64,000 bases of DNA from an uncultured Gemmatimonadaceae bacterium (GTDB lineage: Bacteria; Gemmatimonadota; Gemmatimonadetes; Gemmatimonadales; Gemmatimonadaceae). The position numbers were made by a program, and so were the translations under genes. The stretch lies in contig OY970320.1 of assembly GCA_963716745.1 (NCBI GenBank), forward strand, positions 160,001 through 224,000, given 5' to 3'. The notes beneath the pieces were generated by a model. It worked only from the letters and a program-made list of their open reading frames with translations, made no database searches and had not been told where the DNA came from. Shown here one piece after another: positions 30,516-42,551 of the stretch (position 1 is the stretch's first letter; each line of letters opens with the position of its first letter).

Positions 30516-31791
30516 GTGCATGACGTCCGGCTGCTGCGCGAGAACCCGGAGGCCTTGCGCGAGGGGTTGCGGCGCCGGGGAGTTCTCGATGCGCACGAAT
30601 CGATGCTCGCTCGCGCCGCGCAGCTCGAGCGTGAACGCCGCGCGCTGATCACGGCGAGTCGAGGAGAAGAAGGCCGCTCGCAATTCGGCGTCGCAGGAAG
30701 TGGCACGCCGCAAGAAGGCGAAGGAGAATGCCGATGCGCTGATCGCGGAGACGCGGAGCCTCGGCGACGCGATCACGGGATCCGAAGCGAGCCTCGCCGC
30801 GGTCGAGAGTGAGCTCGACGCCATCTTGATCGCGATCCCCAACATCACGCTCGCCGCGGTTCCGGAGGGCGGCGAATCCGCCAACGCCGTCGTTCGCAGT
30901 TGGGGCGAACCGCGCCCCGTGGCCGGCGTAGTTCCCCACTGGGAGATCGGCGAGAGGCTTGGCATACTCGATCTCGCCGCGGGCGCCAGGATCGCGGGCT
31001 CAGGATTCATCGTGCTTCGCGGCGCGGGCGCGCGTCTCGCGCGCGCGCTCATGAGCTTCATGCTCGACATGCACACGAAGGAGCATGGCTACGAGGAAGC
31101 GTGGGTCCCGTTCGTCGTGAACCGCCGCGCCATGACCGGCACAGGGCAGCTGCCCAAGTTCGAAGAGGACATGTACCGCCTCTCCGAGGATGATCTGTTC
31201 CTCATCCCGACGGCCGAAGTTCCGGTCACGAATCTCGCGCGGGACCAGGTCATGGAAGCGAGCGCGCTGCCGATGGGTCTCACGGCGTACACGCCGTGCT
31301 TTCGGCGGGAGGCGGGCGCGGCCGGCAAGGACACGCGCGGGCTCATCCGCGTGCATCAGTTCGACAAAGTGGAATTGGTGCGCTTCGTCGCGCCCGAGAC
31401 GTCGGCGGAACAGTTGGAGCTGCTCACGCGGCACGCGGAATCGGTGCTCGAGCGCCTCGGTCTCCCGTATCGAAGGCTGCTCCTCGCCGCGGGCGACACC
31501 GGATTCTCGAGCGCGATGACGTACGATCTCGAAGTGTGGGCGCCAGGCGTCGGCAAATGGCTCGAGGTGAGTTCGTGCAGCAACTTCACCGACTTCCAGG
31601 CGCGCCGCGCGAACATCCGCTATCGGCCGGCCGCGGGCGAGAAGCCTCGCTTCGTGCACACGCTCAACGGTTCTGCGCTCGCGTTCCCGCGCACGATCAT
31701 CGCGCTGCTCGAGCATTACCAGCGCCCGGACGGCACGGTGACGGTGCCGGAGGCCCTGCGCCCGTATTTCGGCGCCGATCGGATCGGCTGA
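30516..31791 (+). CDS. serS: Serine--tRNA ligase (apparent indel ~30657)
   Basis: MHDVRLLRENPE; GTGQLPKF, LIPTAEVP, FRREAG, RVHQFDKVE, HTLNGS. Confidence 0.96.
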
Positions 31792-31794
31792 CCA

Positions 31795-32940
31795 ATGCGC
31801 GGCCGCGCGCCCATCGTGCTCTTCGGCCTGCTGGTCGTGCTGCTGCTCGGCGCATACGTGCTCTTCTCCCGCCGCGTGGTCGCGGAGTTGCGCGCCGACG
31901 CCGGCCGTTCGGGACAGATGTACGCGCGCGTCTTCCGCGCGCTCGCCGACCCGCGCGAGGAATCGGGGAACGCCGCACTGCTCGATCTCTCGGAGTCCAT
32001 TGGCGCGCTCGGCGTGCCGGTGATCGTCACCGACACGGCGGGGCGGCCCACCGCGATCTCCAATCTGCCGTTCAAGGCGCAGATCGATGATCCACGGGTA
32101 CTCGAGTACCTCAAGGTGCTCGACAAGCTGAACCCGCCCGTGGTGGAGCCGCACATCGGCGCCGTGCACTTCGGCGACAGTCAGCTCACGACGAGTCTGC
32201 GCTTCATCCCGGCGCTGCTCGTCTCCTTGCTCGCGATCGTGCTCTTGATCGGCGTGTACTCGGTGCGCACCCGCAGCCGCGCCGACCGGGAGCACGTCTG
32301 GGCGGGCATGGCGCGCGAGTCCGCGCACCAGCTCGCGACGCCGCTCTCGAGTCTGAGCGGGTGGATCGAGCTGCTGCGCGAGCGCGCCGGCGATGAGGTG
32401 TCGGTGTCCGCGATCGAGCACATGGAAGGGGATCTCGAACGCTTGCAGCGTGTGTCGCACCGGTTCGAGCGCATCGGACGGCCGCCGCGCAAAGAGAGAT
32501 TGGATCTCGGCGCGCTCGTGACGCGCGTGGGTGCGTACTTCCAGGCGCGCGTGCCCACGCTGGCGCACCGGGTGACGATCGTCGCTTCCGGCGGCACCGA
32601 CCCCGTAGTGATCGAGGGCGACGAAGTGTTGCTCGAATGGGCGCTCGAAGTGCTGGTAAAGAATGGTCTCGATGCGCTGGCTGGTCGCGGCGGACGCATG
32701 TACCTCACCACCAAACGGCTCGATCCGGAGCGCGTGCGCGTGCGCGTGGCCGACGACGGCCCCGGGATCCCGCGCGAACTGCGCGCGCGCATCTTCGAGC
32801 CCGGATTCTCCACGAAGGAGTCGGGGTGGGGGATCGGCCTCTCGCTCGCGGCACGCATCGTCCAGGAGAATCACGGCGGCCGGCTGCTGCTCGCGCCCTC
32901 CGAGAAAGGCGCCACGTTCGACGTTATACTTCCTGGATGA
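31795..32940 (+). CDS. Membrane sensor histidine kinase
   Basis: Two TM segments; H-box ESAHQLATPLS; VKNGLDA, DDGPG, FSTK, GIGL. Confidence 0.92.
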   Translation: MRGRAPIVLFGLLVVLLLGAYVLFSRRVVAELRADAGRSGQMYARVFRALADPREESGNAALLDLSESIGALGVPVIVTDTAGRPTAISNLPFKAQIDDPRVLEYLKVLDKLNPPVVEPHIGAVHFGDSQLTTSLRFIPALLVSLLAIVLLIGVYSVRTRSRADREHVWAGMARESAHQLATPLSSLSGWIELLRERAGDEVSVSAIEHMEGDLERLQRVSHRFERIGRPPRKERLDLGALVTRVGAYFQARVPTLAHRVTIVASGGTDPVVIEGDEVLLEWALEVLVKNGLDALAGRGGRMYLTTKRLDPERVRVRVADDGPGIPRELRARIFEPGFSTKESGWGIGLSLAARIVQENHGGRLLLAPSEKGATFDVILPG

Positions 32941-35202
32941 CCAGCGTCCTGCCCGGCCGCGAAGCGGAGATGCTCGCGCGCCTGAATCCGGCACAGCACG
33001 AAGCAGTGATCCACGGCGACGGCCCCATGCTCGTGCTTGCGGGCGCGGGGTCGGGCAAGACGCGCGTGCTCACCACGCGCATCGCGCGTTTGGTGGAGCA
33101 CCACGGCGTGGATCCGCGGCATATCCTGGCGGTCACCTTCACGAACAAGGCGGCGGGCGAGATGAAGGAACGCGTCGCGCGGCTGCTTGGCGCGGAACCC
33201 GCGGGGATGTGGGCGGGCACCTTCCATGCGATCGGCGCGCGATTGTTGCGGCGGGAAGCATCGTACGCGCAGCGCACGGTGAGCTTCACGATCTACGATG
33301 AGGATGACGCGCTCACCGCGGTGAAGCGCGCGATGGAGCGCCTGCAGATCTCCGCCAAGCAGTGGGGGCCGCCGGCGATCCGGCGCGCGATCTCCGACGC
33401 GAAGAACGCGCTGGTGGGACCGGTGGAGTACGCATCGCTCGCGCTCGATCCGCTGAGCCGAGCCGCGGCGCGCGTGTACGAATTGCTCGACCGCACGCTG
33501 CGCGAATCGAACGCCGCCGATTTCGATGACCTGCTCGTGCTGCCCGTACGCATCCTGCAGCAGAACCCGGAGCGGCTCGCCGCGTACCGCGCGAAGTTCC
33601 GCTATCTGCTCGTGGATGAATACCAGGACACGAACCGGGCGCAGTACCAGCTGGTGAAACTCTTGGGCGGCGAGCACGGGAACGTGCAGGTCGTGGGCGA
33701 CGATGACCAATCGATCTACGGTTGGCGCGGCGCCGACGTGCGGAACATCCTGGACTTCGAGAAGGATTTCCCGTCGGCGCGCGTGGTGCGGCTCGAGGAG
33801 AACTACCGGTCCACGCCCGAGGTGCTGGCGGTGGCCAATGCGGCGATCGCCGCGAACATCGGCCGCCGCGGCAAGACGCTCCGCGCGACGCATCCGTCGG
33901 GCGAGCCGGTGACGGTGGCCGGCGCGCTCAATGAGCGCGATGAAGCCGAGTACGTCGCCGAGCAGATCACCGCGCGGCGCGAGGGTGACCGCGGGCTGTA
34001 CCTGCGCGACATCGCGGTGCTCTACCGCACGAACGCGCAGAGCCGCGCGTTCGAGGATGCCTTCCGCCGCCAGACGATCCCGTACCGGCTCGTGGGCGCG
34101 GTGCGCTTCTTCGACCGCCGCGAGATCCGCGATCTCATGGCGTACTTGAAGCTGGTCGCGAACCCGGCCGACGACGAGGCGTTCCGTCGCGCCGCCGCCG
34201 TGCCCAAGCGCGGTCTCGGCGACACCACGCTCGATGCGCTGGCCGATGGCGGCACGCGGTGCGGGCATCTCCATGCTCGCCGCGTCGTCGCGCGACGATC
34301 TCACCGGCGCGCTGCGTCCCGCCGCGCGCACGGCGCTCAGTTCCTTCGCCGCGCTCATCGCGCGTGTGCGCGATCTGGCCGCGAATGCTGGAGTGGACGA
34401 GATCCTGCGCGTCATCATCGACGACACGCGCTACGCCGAGCATCTGCGCGCGGAAGGCCCCGAGGGCGAGGACCGGATCGAGAACGTGCGGGAGCTCATG
34501 TCCAGCGCGAGCGAAGCGGTGGACGAGGAGGGCGGCGAGTTGGGCCTCACGCCGCTCGATCATTTCCTGCAGCGCGCGACCCTCGTGAGCGAGTTCGACA
34601 AACTCGACCGCGACGCCGATGCGGTGACGATGATGTCGCTGCACAACGCCAAGGGACTCGAGTTCCCGCTCGTATTCATCACGGGACTCGAGGAGGGGCT
34701 GTTCCCGCTTCGGCGTGCGACCGAGGACCCGGACGCGATGGAGGAAGAGCGGCGGCTGTTCTACGTGGGGATCACGCGCGCGAAGCAGAAGCTCTACCTC
34801 ACGCACGCACGCAGCCGTCGTCGGAACGGCGAGACGCTGCCGTCGCTGCCGTCGAGCCTGCTCGCGCCGATCCCGGCCTCGATGCTCGATTCGCACAGCA
34901 CCATCCGGCTGCGCGCCACGGGGCGTGCGGCGTTCCTCGTGACGCCCTCGATGCGCCGGCCCGGCGCGCCGGTGGAGAGGCGTCCGGCCGACTTCGATTT
35001 CGCGCCCGAAGAAGCGTCGCAGGATTCGGCGCGGCTGGTGAAGGGCGAGCGCGTGCGCCATGCGAAGTTCGGCAGCGGCACCGTGGCCGAGCTGCAGGGC
35101 ACCGGTCGCGACTGCAAAGTGACCGTGGACTTCGACGACGAGACGATCGGCCGCAAGAAGCTCGTCGTGATGCACGCGGGCCTCGAGCGGGGCTTCGAGT
35201 AG
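32937..35202 (+). CDS. pcrA: UvrD/PcrA-family DNA helicase (apparent indel ~34248)
   Basis: AGAGSGKT, TFTNKAA, VDEYQDTN, LEENYRS, HNAKGLEF, EERRLFYVGITRA, C-terminal VRHAKFG. Confidence 0.95.
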
Positions 35203-35511
35203 ATGGCCGTCGATCGCAGAGACGTGATGCACATCGCGGGGCTCGCGCGCATCGCCATCCCCGAGGAGCGCGTGCCGGAGCTGGTGTCGCAGCTCAACGG
35301 CATCCTCGCGCACATGGATGTGTTGCGCGACGCGGATACGAGCGGCGCGGCCGGCGCCGCGCCCGCCGAGGAAGCGCTCCGACTCCGCGAGGACCACGGC
35401 CCGCCGATCCCGCTCGCGGCGCCGCTCGATTCGTTCGCGCCGAGCATGCGCGACGGATTCTTCATCGTGCCGCGCCTCGCGACGCACGAAGACGAAGGGG
35501 AGTCCTCGTGA
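35203..35511 (+). CDS. gatC: Asp/Glu-tRNA amidotransferase subunit C
   Basis: DVMHIAGLARI...LRED...APSMRDGFFIVPRL; precedes gatA. Confidence 0.92.
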   Translation: MAVDRRDVMHIAGLARIAIPEERVPELVSQLNGILAHMDVLRDADTSGAAGAAPAEEALRLREDHGPPIPLAAPLDSFAPSMRDGFFIVPRLATHEDEGESS

Positions 35512-36899
35512 GTGCCGTCGCCCGCGTCACCGCGAGCTTCGCGCGCATGGAGGAGGTGCACGCCGGCCGCGACGGGCTCAACTGCATCCTTTGGAAGGAC
35601 CGCGACGCGGCGCTCGCCGCTGCGCGCGAGCGGGATGCTCGTGCCAAGCCCGGCGTGCTCGCGGGCGTGCCCTACTGCGCGAAGGACAACTTCTCGACGA
35701 TCGGCCTGCCCACCACCTGCGGCTCGAAGATCCTGGAAGGCTACATGAGCCCATACGAGGCGACGTCGCTCGCGCGGCTCAACGCGGCCGGCGCGGTGCT
35801 CGTGGCCAAGACGAATTGCGATGAGTTCGCGATGGGCTCGTCCAACGAGCACAGCGCGTACGGACCGGTGAAGAATCCGCTCGATCCGTCGCGCGTGCCG
35901 GGCGGATCCTCAGGTGGATCGGCCGCCGCCGTCGCCGCCGGCATCGTGCGCATCGCGCTCGGCTCGGAGACGGGCGGCAGTGTGCGGCAGCCCGCTTCCT
36001 TTTGCGGAGTCGTGGGCGTGAAGCCGACCTATGGCCGCGTGAGCCGTTTCGGTCTCGTGGCGTTCGCGAGTTCGCTCGACCACGTGGCGGCGTTCGGCGC
36101 CGCGGTGGACGATGCGGCGCTCGCGCTGGAGGTAATGTCAGGGCACGACCCGCTCGACAGCACGAGCGCCGCGATCGCGCCGCCGGTGCTGCGCGACGAC
36201 GCGACGCGCGGTGGCGATCTCAAGGGTGTGGTCATCGGCCGCCCCAAGGAATATTTCCCGGGCACGCTCGATCCGCGGATCGTCGCGCATTGCGACCGCG
36301 CGCTCGACGCGCTCCGCGCGCGCGGCGCCACGGTGCGCGAGATCTCGCTGCCGCACACGGCCTACGCGATCCCCGTTTACTATATCGTGGCGCCGGCGGA
36401 AGCGAGCTCCAACCTCGCGCGCTTCGACGGCGTGCGCTACGGCATGCGCCTCGAGGGCGACGGGCTGCGCGGCATGTACGAGGCCACGCGCTCGCGCGGC
36501 TTCGGCGCCGAAGTGACGCGTCGCATCCTGCTCGGCACCTACGTCCTCTCCGCCGGTTACTACGACGCGTATTACCGCCGAGCACAGGACGTGCGCGCGC
36601 TCATCCGCGACGACTTCCGCCGCGCGTTCGACAGCGGCGTGCACGCGATCTTCACGCCCACCACGCCGTCGCCGGCGTTCACCTTCGGCGCGAAGTCCGA
36701 TCCGTACGAGATGTACATGAACGACATCTTCACCGCGACGGCGAATCTCGCGGGCGTGCCGGCAATGTCGGTGCCGGTGGGCCGCGTGGACGCCCTGCCA
36801 GTGGGCGGCCAGATCATCACGCGCCACTTCGACGAGCGCATGATGTTCCGCGTGGCCTACGGGCTCGAGAGCTCACTCGGCAAGGCGGCGCACTCGTGA
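35508..36899 (+). CDS. gatA: Asp/Glu-tRNA amidotransferase subunit A
   Basis: [45 protein letters not shown]. Confidence 0.97.
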   Translation: MSAVARVTASFARMEEVHAGRDGLNCILWKDRDAALAAARERDARAKPGVLAGVPYCAKDNFSTIGLPTTCGSKILEGYMSPYEATSLARLNAAGAVLVAKTNCDEFAMGSSNEHSAYGPVKNPLDPSRVPGGSSGGSAAAVAAGIVRIALGSETGGSVRQPASFCGVVGVKPTYGRVSRFGLVAFASSLDHVAAFGAAVDDAALALEVMSGHDPLDSTSAAIAPPVLRDDATRGGDLKGVVIGRPKEYFPGTLDPRIVAHCDRALDALRARGATVREISLPHTAYAIPVYYIVAPAEASSNLARFDGVRYGMRLEGDGLRGMYEATRSRGFGAEVTRRILLGTYVLSAGYYDAYYRRAQDVRALIRDDFRRAFDSGVHAIFTPTTPSPAFTFGAKSDPYEMYMNDIFTATANLAGVPAMSVPVGRVDALPVGGQIITRHFDERMMFRVAYGLESSLGKAAHS

Positions 36900-38357
36900 G
36901 CGCGGCCGCCGGCTTCGAGATGGTGGTGGGCCTCGAGGTGCACGTGCAGCTCAAGACGCTCACCAAAGCGTTCTGCTCGTGCAGCAGCGAGTACGGCGCG
37001 CTGCCGAACGTGAACACGTGTCCGGTGTGCCTCGGACTGCCGGGAAGCCTGCCGGCGCTCAACGCGCGCGCCGTGCAGCTCGCGGTGCGCGCGGCGCACG
37101 CGCTGCAATGTGAAGTGCGCGAGCGATCGGTGTTCGCACGCAAGCACTACTTCTATCCGGACCTTCCCAAGGGCTACCAGATCTCGCAGTACGACAAGCC
37201 GCTCGCCGAACATGGTCGGCTCACCATCTCCGGGCCGGGCGGCGAACCGATGGTGGTCGGGATCACGCGCGTACACATGGAGGAGGATGCCGGCAAGTCG
37301 ATCCACGATCGTTTCCCGGGCGTGAGCGCGATCGATCTCAATCGTGCGGGCGTTCCGCTCATCGAGATCGTGAGCGAACCGGACATGCGGAGTCGCGCAG
37401 GCGGCCGGCGCGTACCTGCGCGAGATCAAGCAGCTGCTCGAGTACATCGACGTCAGCGATGTGAACATGGAGGAGGGCAGTCTGCGCGTGGACGCGAACG
37501 TCAGCGCGCGTCTGCACGGCGCGACCACGCTCGGCACGAAAACGGAAGTTAAGAACATGAATTCGATCTCCGGCGTCGAACGCGCGCTCGAGAGCGAGTT
37601 CGCGCGGCAATGCGCACTGCTCGCGCGCGGCGAGGCGGTTCACCAGCAGACTATGCTCTGGGACGGCGCGCGCGGCGAAGTGCGGCCGGCGCGCTCGAAA
37701 GAGGGCAGCCATGACTACCGCTACTTCCCGGAGCCCGATCTCCCGCCGCTCATCCTGGCGCCCGCGTACATCGAGGAGATCGCGAGCGAGCTCCCGGAAC
37801 TGCCGCGCGCGAAGCGCGCCCGGTTCGCCATCGCAGTACGCGCTGAGCGCCGGGCGCGATGTCGACGTCCTGACCGCGAGCGTCGCGGTGGCCGACTACT
37901 TCGAGAACGTCGCGGCGAAGCACGGCGACGCGAAGGCCGCCGCGAACTGGGTGATGGGAGAGGTGCTCGCGTGGTGCAACGCCGCCGCGCGCCCCGTCAC
38001 CGAGTGTCAGGTCACCGAGAATCGCGCTCGCGTGCACTCCTCGATCTCGTGCGCGACGGCACGGTGAGTCACAACGCCGCCAAGCGCATCTTCGCGGCGA
38101 TCGCGGAGCAGGGCGGCGAACCGCGCGCGATCGCCGAGCGCGATGGCCTGATCCAGGAACGCGACTCCGGCGCGCTCGCCCAGTGGGTCGATGAAGTGCT
38201 GGCCGAGAATGCGGCTGAAGCCGGCCGATTCCTCGGCGGCGAGAAGAAGCTCCAGGGCGTGCTCGTGGGACTTGTGATGAAGAAGTCGAAGGGGCGCGCC
38301 GATCCGAAGCAGGTGAATCAGTTGCTGTCGGAGCGGGCCTCGCGCACCGGCGCGTAG
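36896..38357 (+). CDS. gatB: Asp/Glu-tRNA amidotransferase subunit B (apparent indels ~37394, ~37830, ~38030)
   Basis: [56 protein letters not shown]. Confidence 0.95.
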
Positions 38358-39274
38358 AGCGGGGAAGGCAGGCCGGACGCGAAGGTGAGCGCGGAATCCG
38401 GCATCGCGAACTCGCGCACCGCCTCTTCGGCGACGCGGAATTCCAACCCGCTCGCGCGCGCGCCGCGTCGCACTTCGAGCGCGCGGCGCAGCGCCACGTC
38501 GCCCGCGGGATCGAGCGTGTACGGCTCCGAGCGCTCCACGCGGCTCAGGAAATCCATGACGTAGTCGTACGACCGCTCCATGTAGCGCGCGACCTCCGGA
38601 TCGCTCAGGTCCCACCGGCTCGCGTCGGCTGCCAACTGGAACACGCGCTGCCACGACTCGCTGTCGATCACGTGCACCATGCCGCGGAAGATCCGGCGCC
38701 CGGTCTGCGTGCTGAAGATGGTGGGGCTCAGGATCCGGTCGAGGTGCGTGTCGGAGCGCGAATGGTCGCGCTGGATCACATCGCGGGCGCGCCGGCTGTA
38801 CCCGCCGCCGAGATGCGTCTCGAAGCGGCTCTCCCAGTAGCTGTGGCCGAGCCCCGATGTGCGCGACGCGAGGGCGAGATAGCGGGGCACGAAGAAATTG
38901 TGCGCCACCGCGTCGGCGGCGAGGTGCGAGAGATAGCCCAGGCCGAACGCGCGCAGCGGCCCCTCGGGCGCGCGCTCGAAGATCTCCAGGCCGACGGCCC
39001 ACGAATGACAGTGCCGTCCCGCCGGCGCGTACTTCTTCGCGATGCTCGTGTCGGCGGCAATGTTCCCGTACAGGAAATCGTAGGGGAAGGCGCGCAGCAG
39101 GTCAGCGACGCTCGACGGCAGCTGCGCGAGCGCGCTCAGCACCGACTCGCCGAGAAAGATGTGGGTGCCCGGAGCCCACGCCCACGCGGCGGAGGGGAGC
39201 AGCACGATGCCGAGGAGCACGAGCGCGCCAAGCGCGAGCGCACGGCGGCGCCGCGTGAGTCCGGCCACCCTCAT
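38318..39274 (-). CDS. Zinc-dependent phospholipase C family protein
   Basis: Signal peptide then WAPGTH; GNIAAD, HCH, GYLSHLAADAVAH, HSYWE zinc-ligand pattern. Confidence 0.8.
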   Translation of the reverse strand: MRVAGLTRRRRALALGALVLLGIVLLPSAAWAWAPGTHIFLGESVLSALAQLPSSVADLLRAFPYDFLYGNIAADTSIAKKYAPAGRHCHSWAVGLEIFERAPEGPLRAFGLGYLSHLAADAVAHNFFVPRYLALASRTSGLGHSYWESRFETHLGGGYSRRARDVIQRDHSRSDTHLDRILSPTIFSTQTGRRIFRGMVHVIDSESWQRVFQLAADASRWDLSDPEVARYMERSYDYVMDFLSRVERSEPYTLDPAGDVALRRALEVRRGARASGLEFRVAEEAVREFAMPDSALTFASGLPSPLYAPVREARSDSN

Positions 39275-39867
39275 TCGGCGTCCCGCGAGCGCTGATGCCG
39301 CGCGCGAGGTCCGCCGCGCCGGTGCTCCGCCGGCGGACGCGGGGTGGGTTCGGTATCGGCGTCATCGTCGTCGCGCCGCGCGGCGCCGCGGCGACGGAAG
39401 ACCGAAGCGCCGGTGCGCACGCCGCGGATCACGCTTGCGGCGCCCACCACCGCTTCCTCCGCCTCATCGCGCGCGACGCGCACGATGGCGTCGAATTCCT
39501 GGAATCGCGCGTCGGCCGTCGCGACGGCATCGCGCAGCGTCTCGTTCGCGCTCTTGATCGTATCCGTGACGCCGTCCACCGCGTCGTGCACCTTGGTGGC
39601 CGCGTCCTCGAGGTGCTCCGCGATGGCTTGGGTCTTCTGCGTGATGGGCAGGATGTCGGCGCGGAACCGCTCCACGGCGTCGCCGATCCGGTCGAAGGCG
39701 CGGCTCAGGCGATAGGCCATCACCGCCACGGCGCCAAGGAGCCCGATGAGCATGACCGCGATGATGATCGCCACGAGCCCTTCCACCGTCCACAGCCAAC
39801 CCGGCTGCATGCGCGTCACGACCTGCGTGGTGTCGAGCGCGAAGAGGGGCATGGCGGCGAGGATCAT
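39271..39867 (-). CDS. DUF948/YoxC-like membrane-anchored coiled-coil protein
   Basis: Single TM followed by an amphipathic helical region. Confidence 0.6.
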   Translation of the reverse strand: MILAAMPLFALDTTQVVTRMQPGWLWTVEGLVAIIIAVMLIGLLGAVAVMAYRLSRAFDRIGDAVERFRADILPITQKTQAIAEHLEDAATKVHDAVDGVTDTIKSANETLRDAVATADARFQEFDAIVRVARDEAEEAVVGAASVIRGVRTGASVFRRRGAARRDDDDADTEPTPRPPAEHRRGGPRARHQRSRDAE

Positions 39868-40211
39868 CAACTGGTCTCGAGCTCCGCTTTGAGGCCGATC
39901 ACACGGCTGACGGGCACGGTGAAGACGATCCCTTGCCCCGGGAGGTCAAGATTCCCGCAGATCTCCTGGATGAGCGCCACAGCGCGTTCCGCCTTCTCGT
40001 CGTCCACGACGCTGAACACCGTCTGGTTGGCCGGGCGGCTCTGTGCGCGCAAGGCTCTGACCCCGGCGAAGATGGGCACATCCTGGCTGAGCACGTGTCC
40101 CATGCCTTCGCTGTCGATCACGGTCGCACCGGTGATGCCGAGCTCGACGAACGCCGCGAGGAGATCGTCTACGAGTTCCGCATGATTGATGACGGCCACC
40201 AGGAGCTGCAT
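39867..40211 (-). CDS. P-II-like signalling protein
   Basis: LGITGATVIDSEGMG...GQGIVFTVPVSRVIG; lacks the canonical GlnB T-loop Tyr. Confidence 0.75.
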   Translation of the reverse strand: MQLLVAVINHAELVDDLLAAFVELGITGATVIDSEGMGHVLSQDVPIFAGVRALRAQSRPANQTVFSVVDDEKAERAVALIQEICGNLDLPGQGIVFTVPVSRVIGLKAELETS

Positions 40212-40379
40212 ACACTGTTCCCTAGCTGAGACGCGCGTATTCGGGATATCAAGGTTGCCTAACGGCGCGTGTGGCGACAAGTACCAGGGCCTACACGTGC
40301 CGAACAGTGTCGTAGCGAGTGCTTGACCGCGCGAGTGGTGAGTCGTCATTCTCCGTTACTCGCTCTCACTCGAGATCAC

Positions 40380-41670
40380 ATGGCCTCCCCGCACTACATC
40401 GTCGAAGGCGGACACAAGCTGTCCGGCACGATCCGTCCCTCGGGGAACAAGAATGCCGCGCTGCCGATCATCGCCGCGGCGCTGCTCACCGACCAGCCGG
40501 TGACGCTCGAGAACGTGCCGCGCATCCGCGACGTCGAGACGCTCGTGGAGCTCGTGCTCTCGCTCGGCGTGAAAGCCGAATGGTCCGGGCGCAACACGCT
40601 GGCCATCCACGCGCGCGATGTGCGCGCCAGCGCGCTCGATCCGGCGCTGTGCGCGCGGATCCGCGCGTCGATCCTGCTCGCCGCGCCGCTGCTCGCGCGC
40701 TGCGGCGCGGTGACGCTGCCGCCGCCGGGCGGCAATGTGATCGGCCGCCGCCGCGTCGACACGCACTTCCTCGCCCTCGAGCAGCTCGGCGCCAAGTGCG
40801 ATGTGGGGGCCAACTACGATCTCAGCACGAAGGGTCTGAAAGGCGCCGATGTGTTCCTCGACGAGCCGAGCGTCACGGCCACCGAGAACGCGCTCATGGC
40901 CGCCGCCGCAGCCAGCGGCCGCACGATCCTTCGCAACGCGGCGAGCGAGCCGCACGTGCAGGATCTCGCGAACTTCCTCGTCGCGCTCGGCGCCCGCATC
41001 GGCGGCATCGGCACCAACGAGATGACCATCGAGGGCGCGAAGAGCTTCCGCGGCGCCACGCACCGCATCGGGCCCGATCACATCGAGGTCGGATCGTTCA
41101 TCGGCCTGGCGGCCGTGACGAACTCCGCGATCCGCATCGAGGATGCGGGCCTCGAGCATCTCCGCAGCGTGCGCTTCGGCTTCGAGCGGCTCGGCGTCGT
41201 CTGCCAGAGCGACGGCACGGCGCTCGTCGTGCCGGCGGGCCAGGACCGCGGAGATCCGCAGCGACCTCGGCGGCCACGTGCCGAAGCTCGAGGACCAACC
41301 GTGGCCCGCGTTCCCGGCCGACCTCATGTCGATCGCGATCGTGACGGCCACGCAGTGCAAGGGGCTGATCCTGATGCACGAGAAGATGTTCGAATCGCGG
41401 CTCTTCTTCGTGGACAAACTCACGATGATGGGCGCGCGCATCGTGCTGTGCGATCCGCATCGCGCGCTGGTCGCGGGGCCGTCGCCGCTGCACGGGGCGA
41501 CGCTCGAGTCGCCCGACATCCGCGCGGGCATGGCGATGCTGCTCGCGGCGCTCTGCGCGGAAGGGACGAGCACCATCAATAACGTGGGGCAGATCGAGCG
41601 CGGCTACGAGCGCATCGACGAGCGCGTGCGCGCGCTGGGCGCGAGAGTCACCCGCGTCGACCGCGCGTAG
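40380..41670 (+). CDS. murA: UDP-N-acetylglucosamine 1-carboxyvinyltransferase (apparent indel ~41244)
   Basis: [48 protein letters not shown]. Confidence 0.95.
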
Positions 41671-41671
41671 C

Positions 41672-42475
41672 ATGCCGGTGCCCTGCGAGGAGGTCCCCGA
41701 CTTCGCGGACCTCGGCGTGCGGGCGTTCACGACGACGAGAGCAGCTGGGAGCTTTGCCTGGCAGAGCGCCGAACCGGCGGCCGCCATCCTCGCGCGATGG
41801 GATGCACTCCGCGCGGAACTTCGCGCCGCCGGCGTGGAACGGCTCGCGACCGCGCATCAGGTTCACGGTACGCGCGTGCTCGAACACGTCGCCGGCTGGG
41901 ACGGGCTGCTTCGCGCGAATGACGCCGACGGCCATTTCTCCCCGAAGCGCGGCACCGCGATGGCCGTCACGATCGCCGACTGCGTGCCGGTGTTCATCGC
42001 GCATACCTCGGGCGCCGCGACACTGTTGCACTCCGGCTGGCGCGGCACCGCGGCCCGGATCGTGGATCGAGGAATCGCCGCCTTCCGCCGCGCGGGACTC
42101 GCGCCGCGCGACCTGATCGTGCACCTCGGACCGGCGATCTGCGGCCAATGCTACGAAGTGAGCCCGGATGTGTACGCCGATCTCACTGGCCGCCGCGTCG
42201 CCGCGCCGACGCCCGTCGATCTCCGCCGGATCATCGCCCAGCATGCACGCGACGCCGGCGTACTTCGCATCACGCAGAGCGCACGATGCACGAAGTGCGA
42301 TAACGGGATCTTCTTCTCCCACCGCGCTGGCGATGACGGGCGCCAACTCGCCGTGATCGCAGCGCGCGCAGGCTGTAGCAGCCTAGCGCCGAGCAACGCG
42401 CTGACGGCTCGCTGCGCTCGAGCTGTATCATCGCGCCCCGGCATTAGACTTCACATTCGACTGCTCGCGCGCTAG
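41672..42475 (+). CDS. pgeF: PgeF/YfiH polyphenol-oxidase-family protein
   Basis: HQVHG, ADCVPV, HSGWRG, GPAICGQCYEV, CT..FFSHR; C-terminal end uncertain. Confidence 0.88.
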   Translation: MPVPCEEVPDFADLGVRAFTTTRAAGSFAWQSAEPAAAILARWDALRAELRAAGVERLATAHQVHGTRVLEHVAGWDGLLRANDADGHFSPKRGTAMAVTIADCVPVFIAHTSGAATLLHSGWRGTAARIVDRGIAAFRRAGLAPRDLIVHLGPAICGQCYEVSPDVYADLTGRRVAAPTPVDLRRIIAQHARDAGVLRITQSARCTKCDNGIFFSHRAGDDGRQLAVIAARAGCSSLAPSNALTARCARAVSSRPGIRLHIRLLAR

Positions 42476-42478
42476 ATT
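42450..42478 (+). promoter_or_regulatory. Promoter of the rimP-nusA-infB operon
   Basis: TTCACA-N17-TAGATT. Confidence 0.55.
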
Positions 42479-42497
42479 CCTTCGACGCCGAGCGCGG

Positions 42498-42529
42498 AGC
42501 AGTGGGGTTTTCACCCCACGCTTTTTTTT
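42498..42529 (+). terminator. rimP leader terminator/attenuator
   Basis: AGC-A-GTGGGG-ttttca-CCCCAC-GC then T8, in the rimP 5' leader; such leaders are known before rimP-nusA-infB. Confidence 0.85.
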
Positions 42530-42551
42530 GCCCTGTAGGCTGCGACGCAAC

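Noticed and set aside
32637..36899. 1420-aa helicase-amidase ORF
   Set aside because: The pcrA frameshift joins it to gatA through non-homologous sequence. The pcrA C-terminus and gatC are in another frame.
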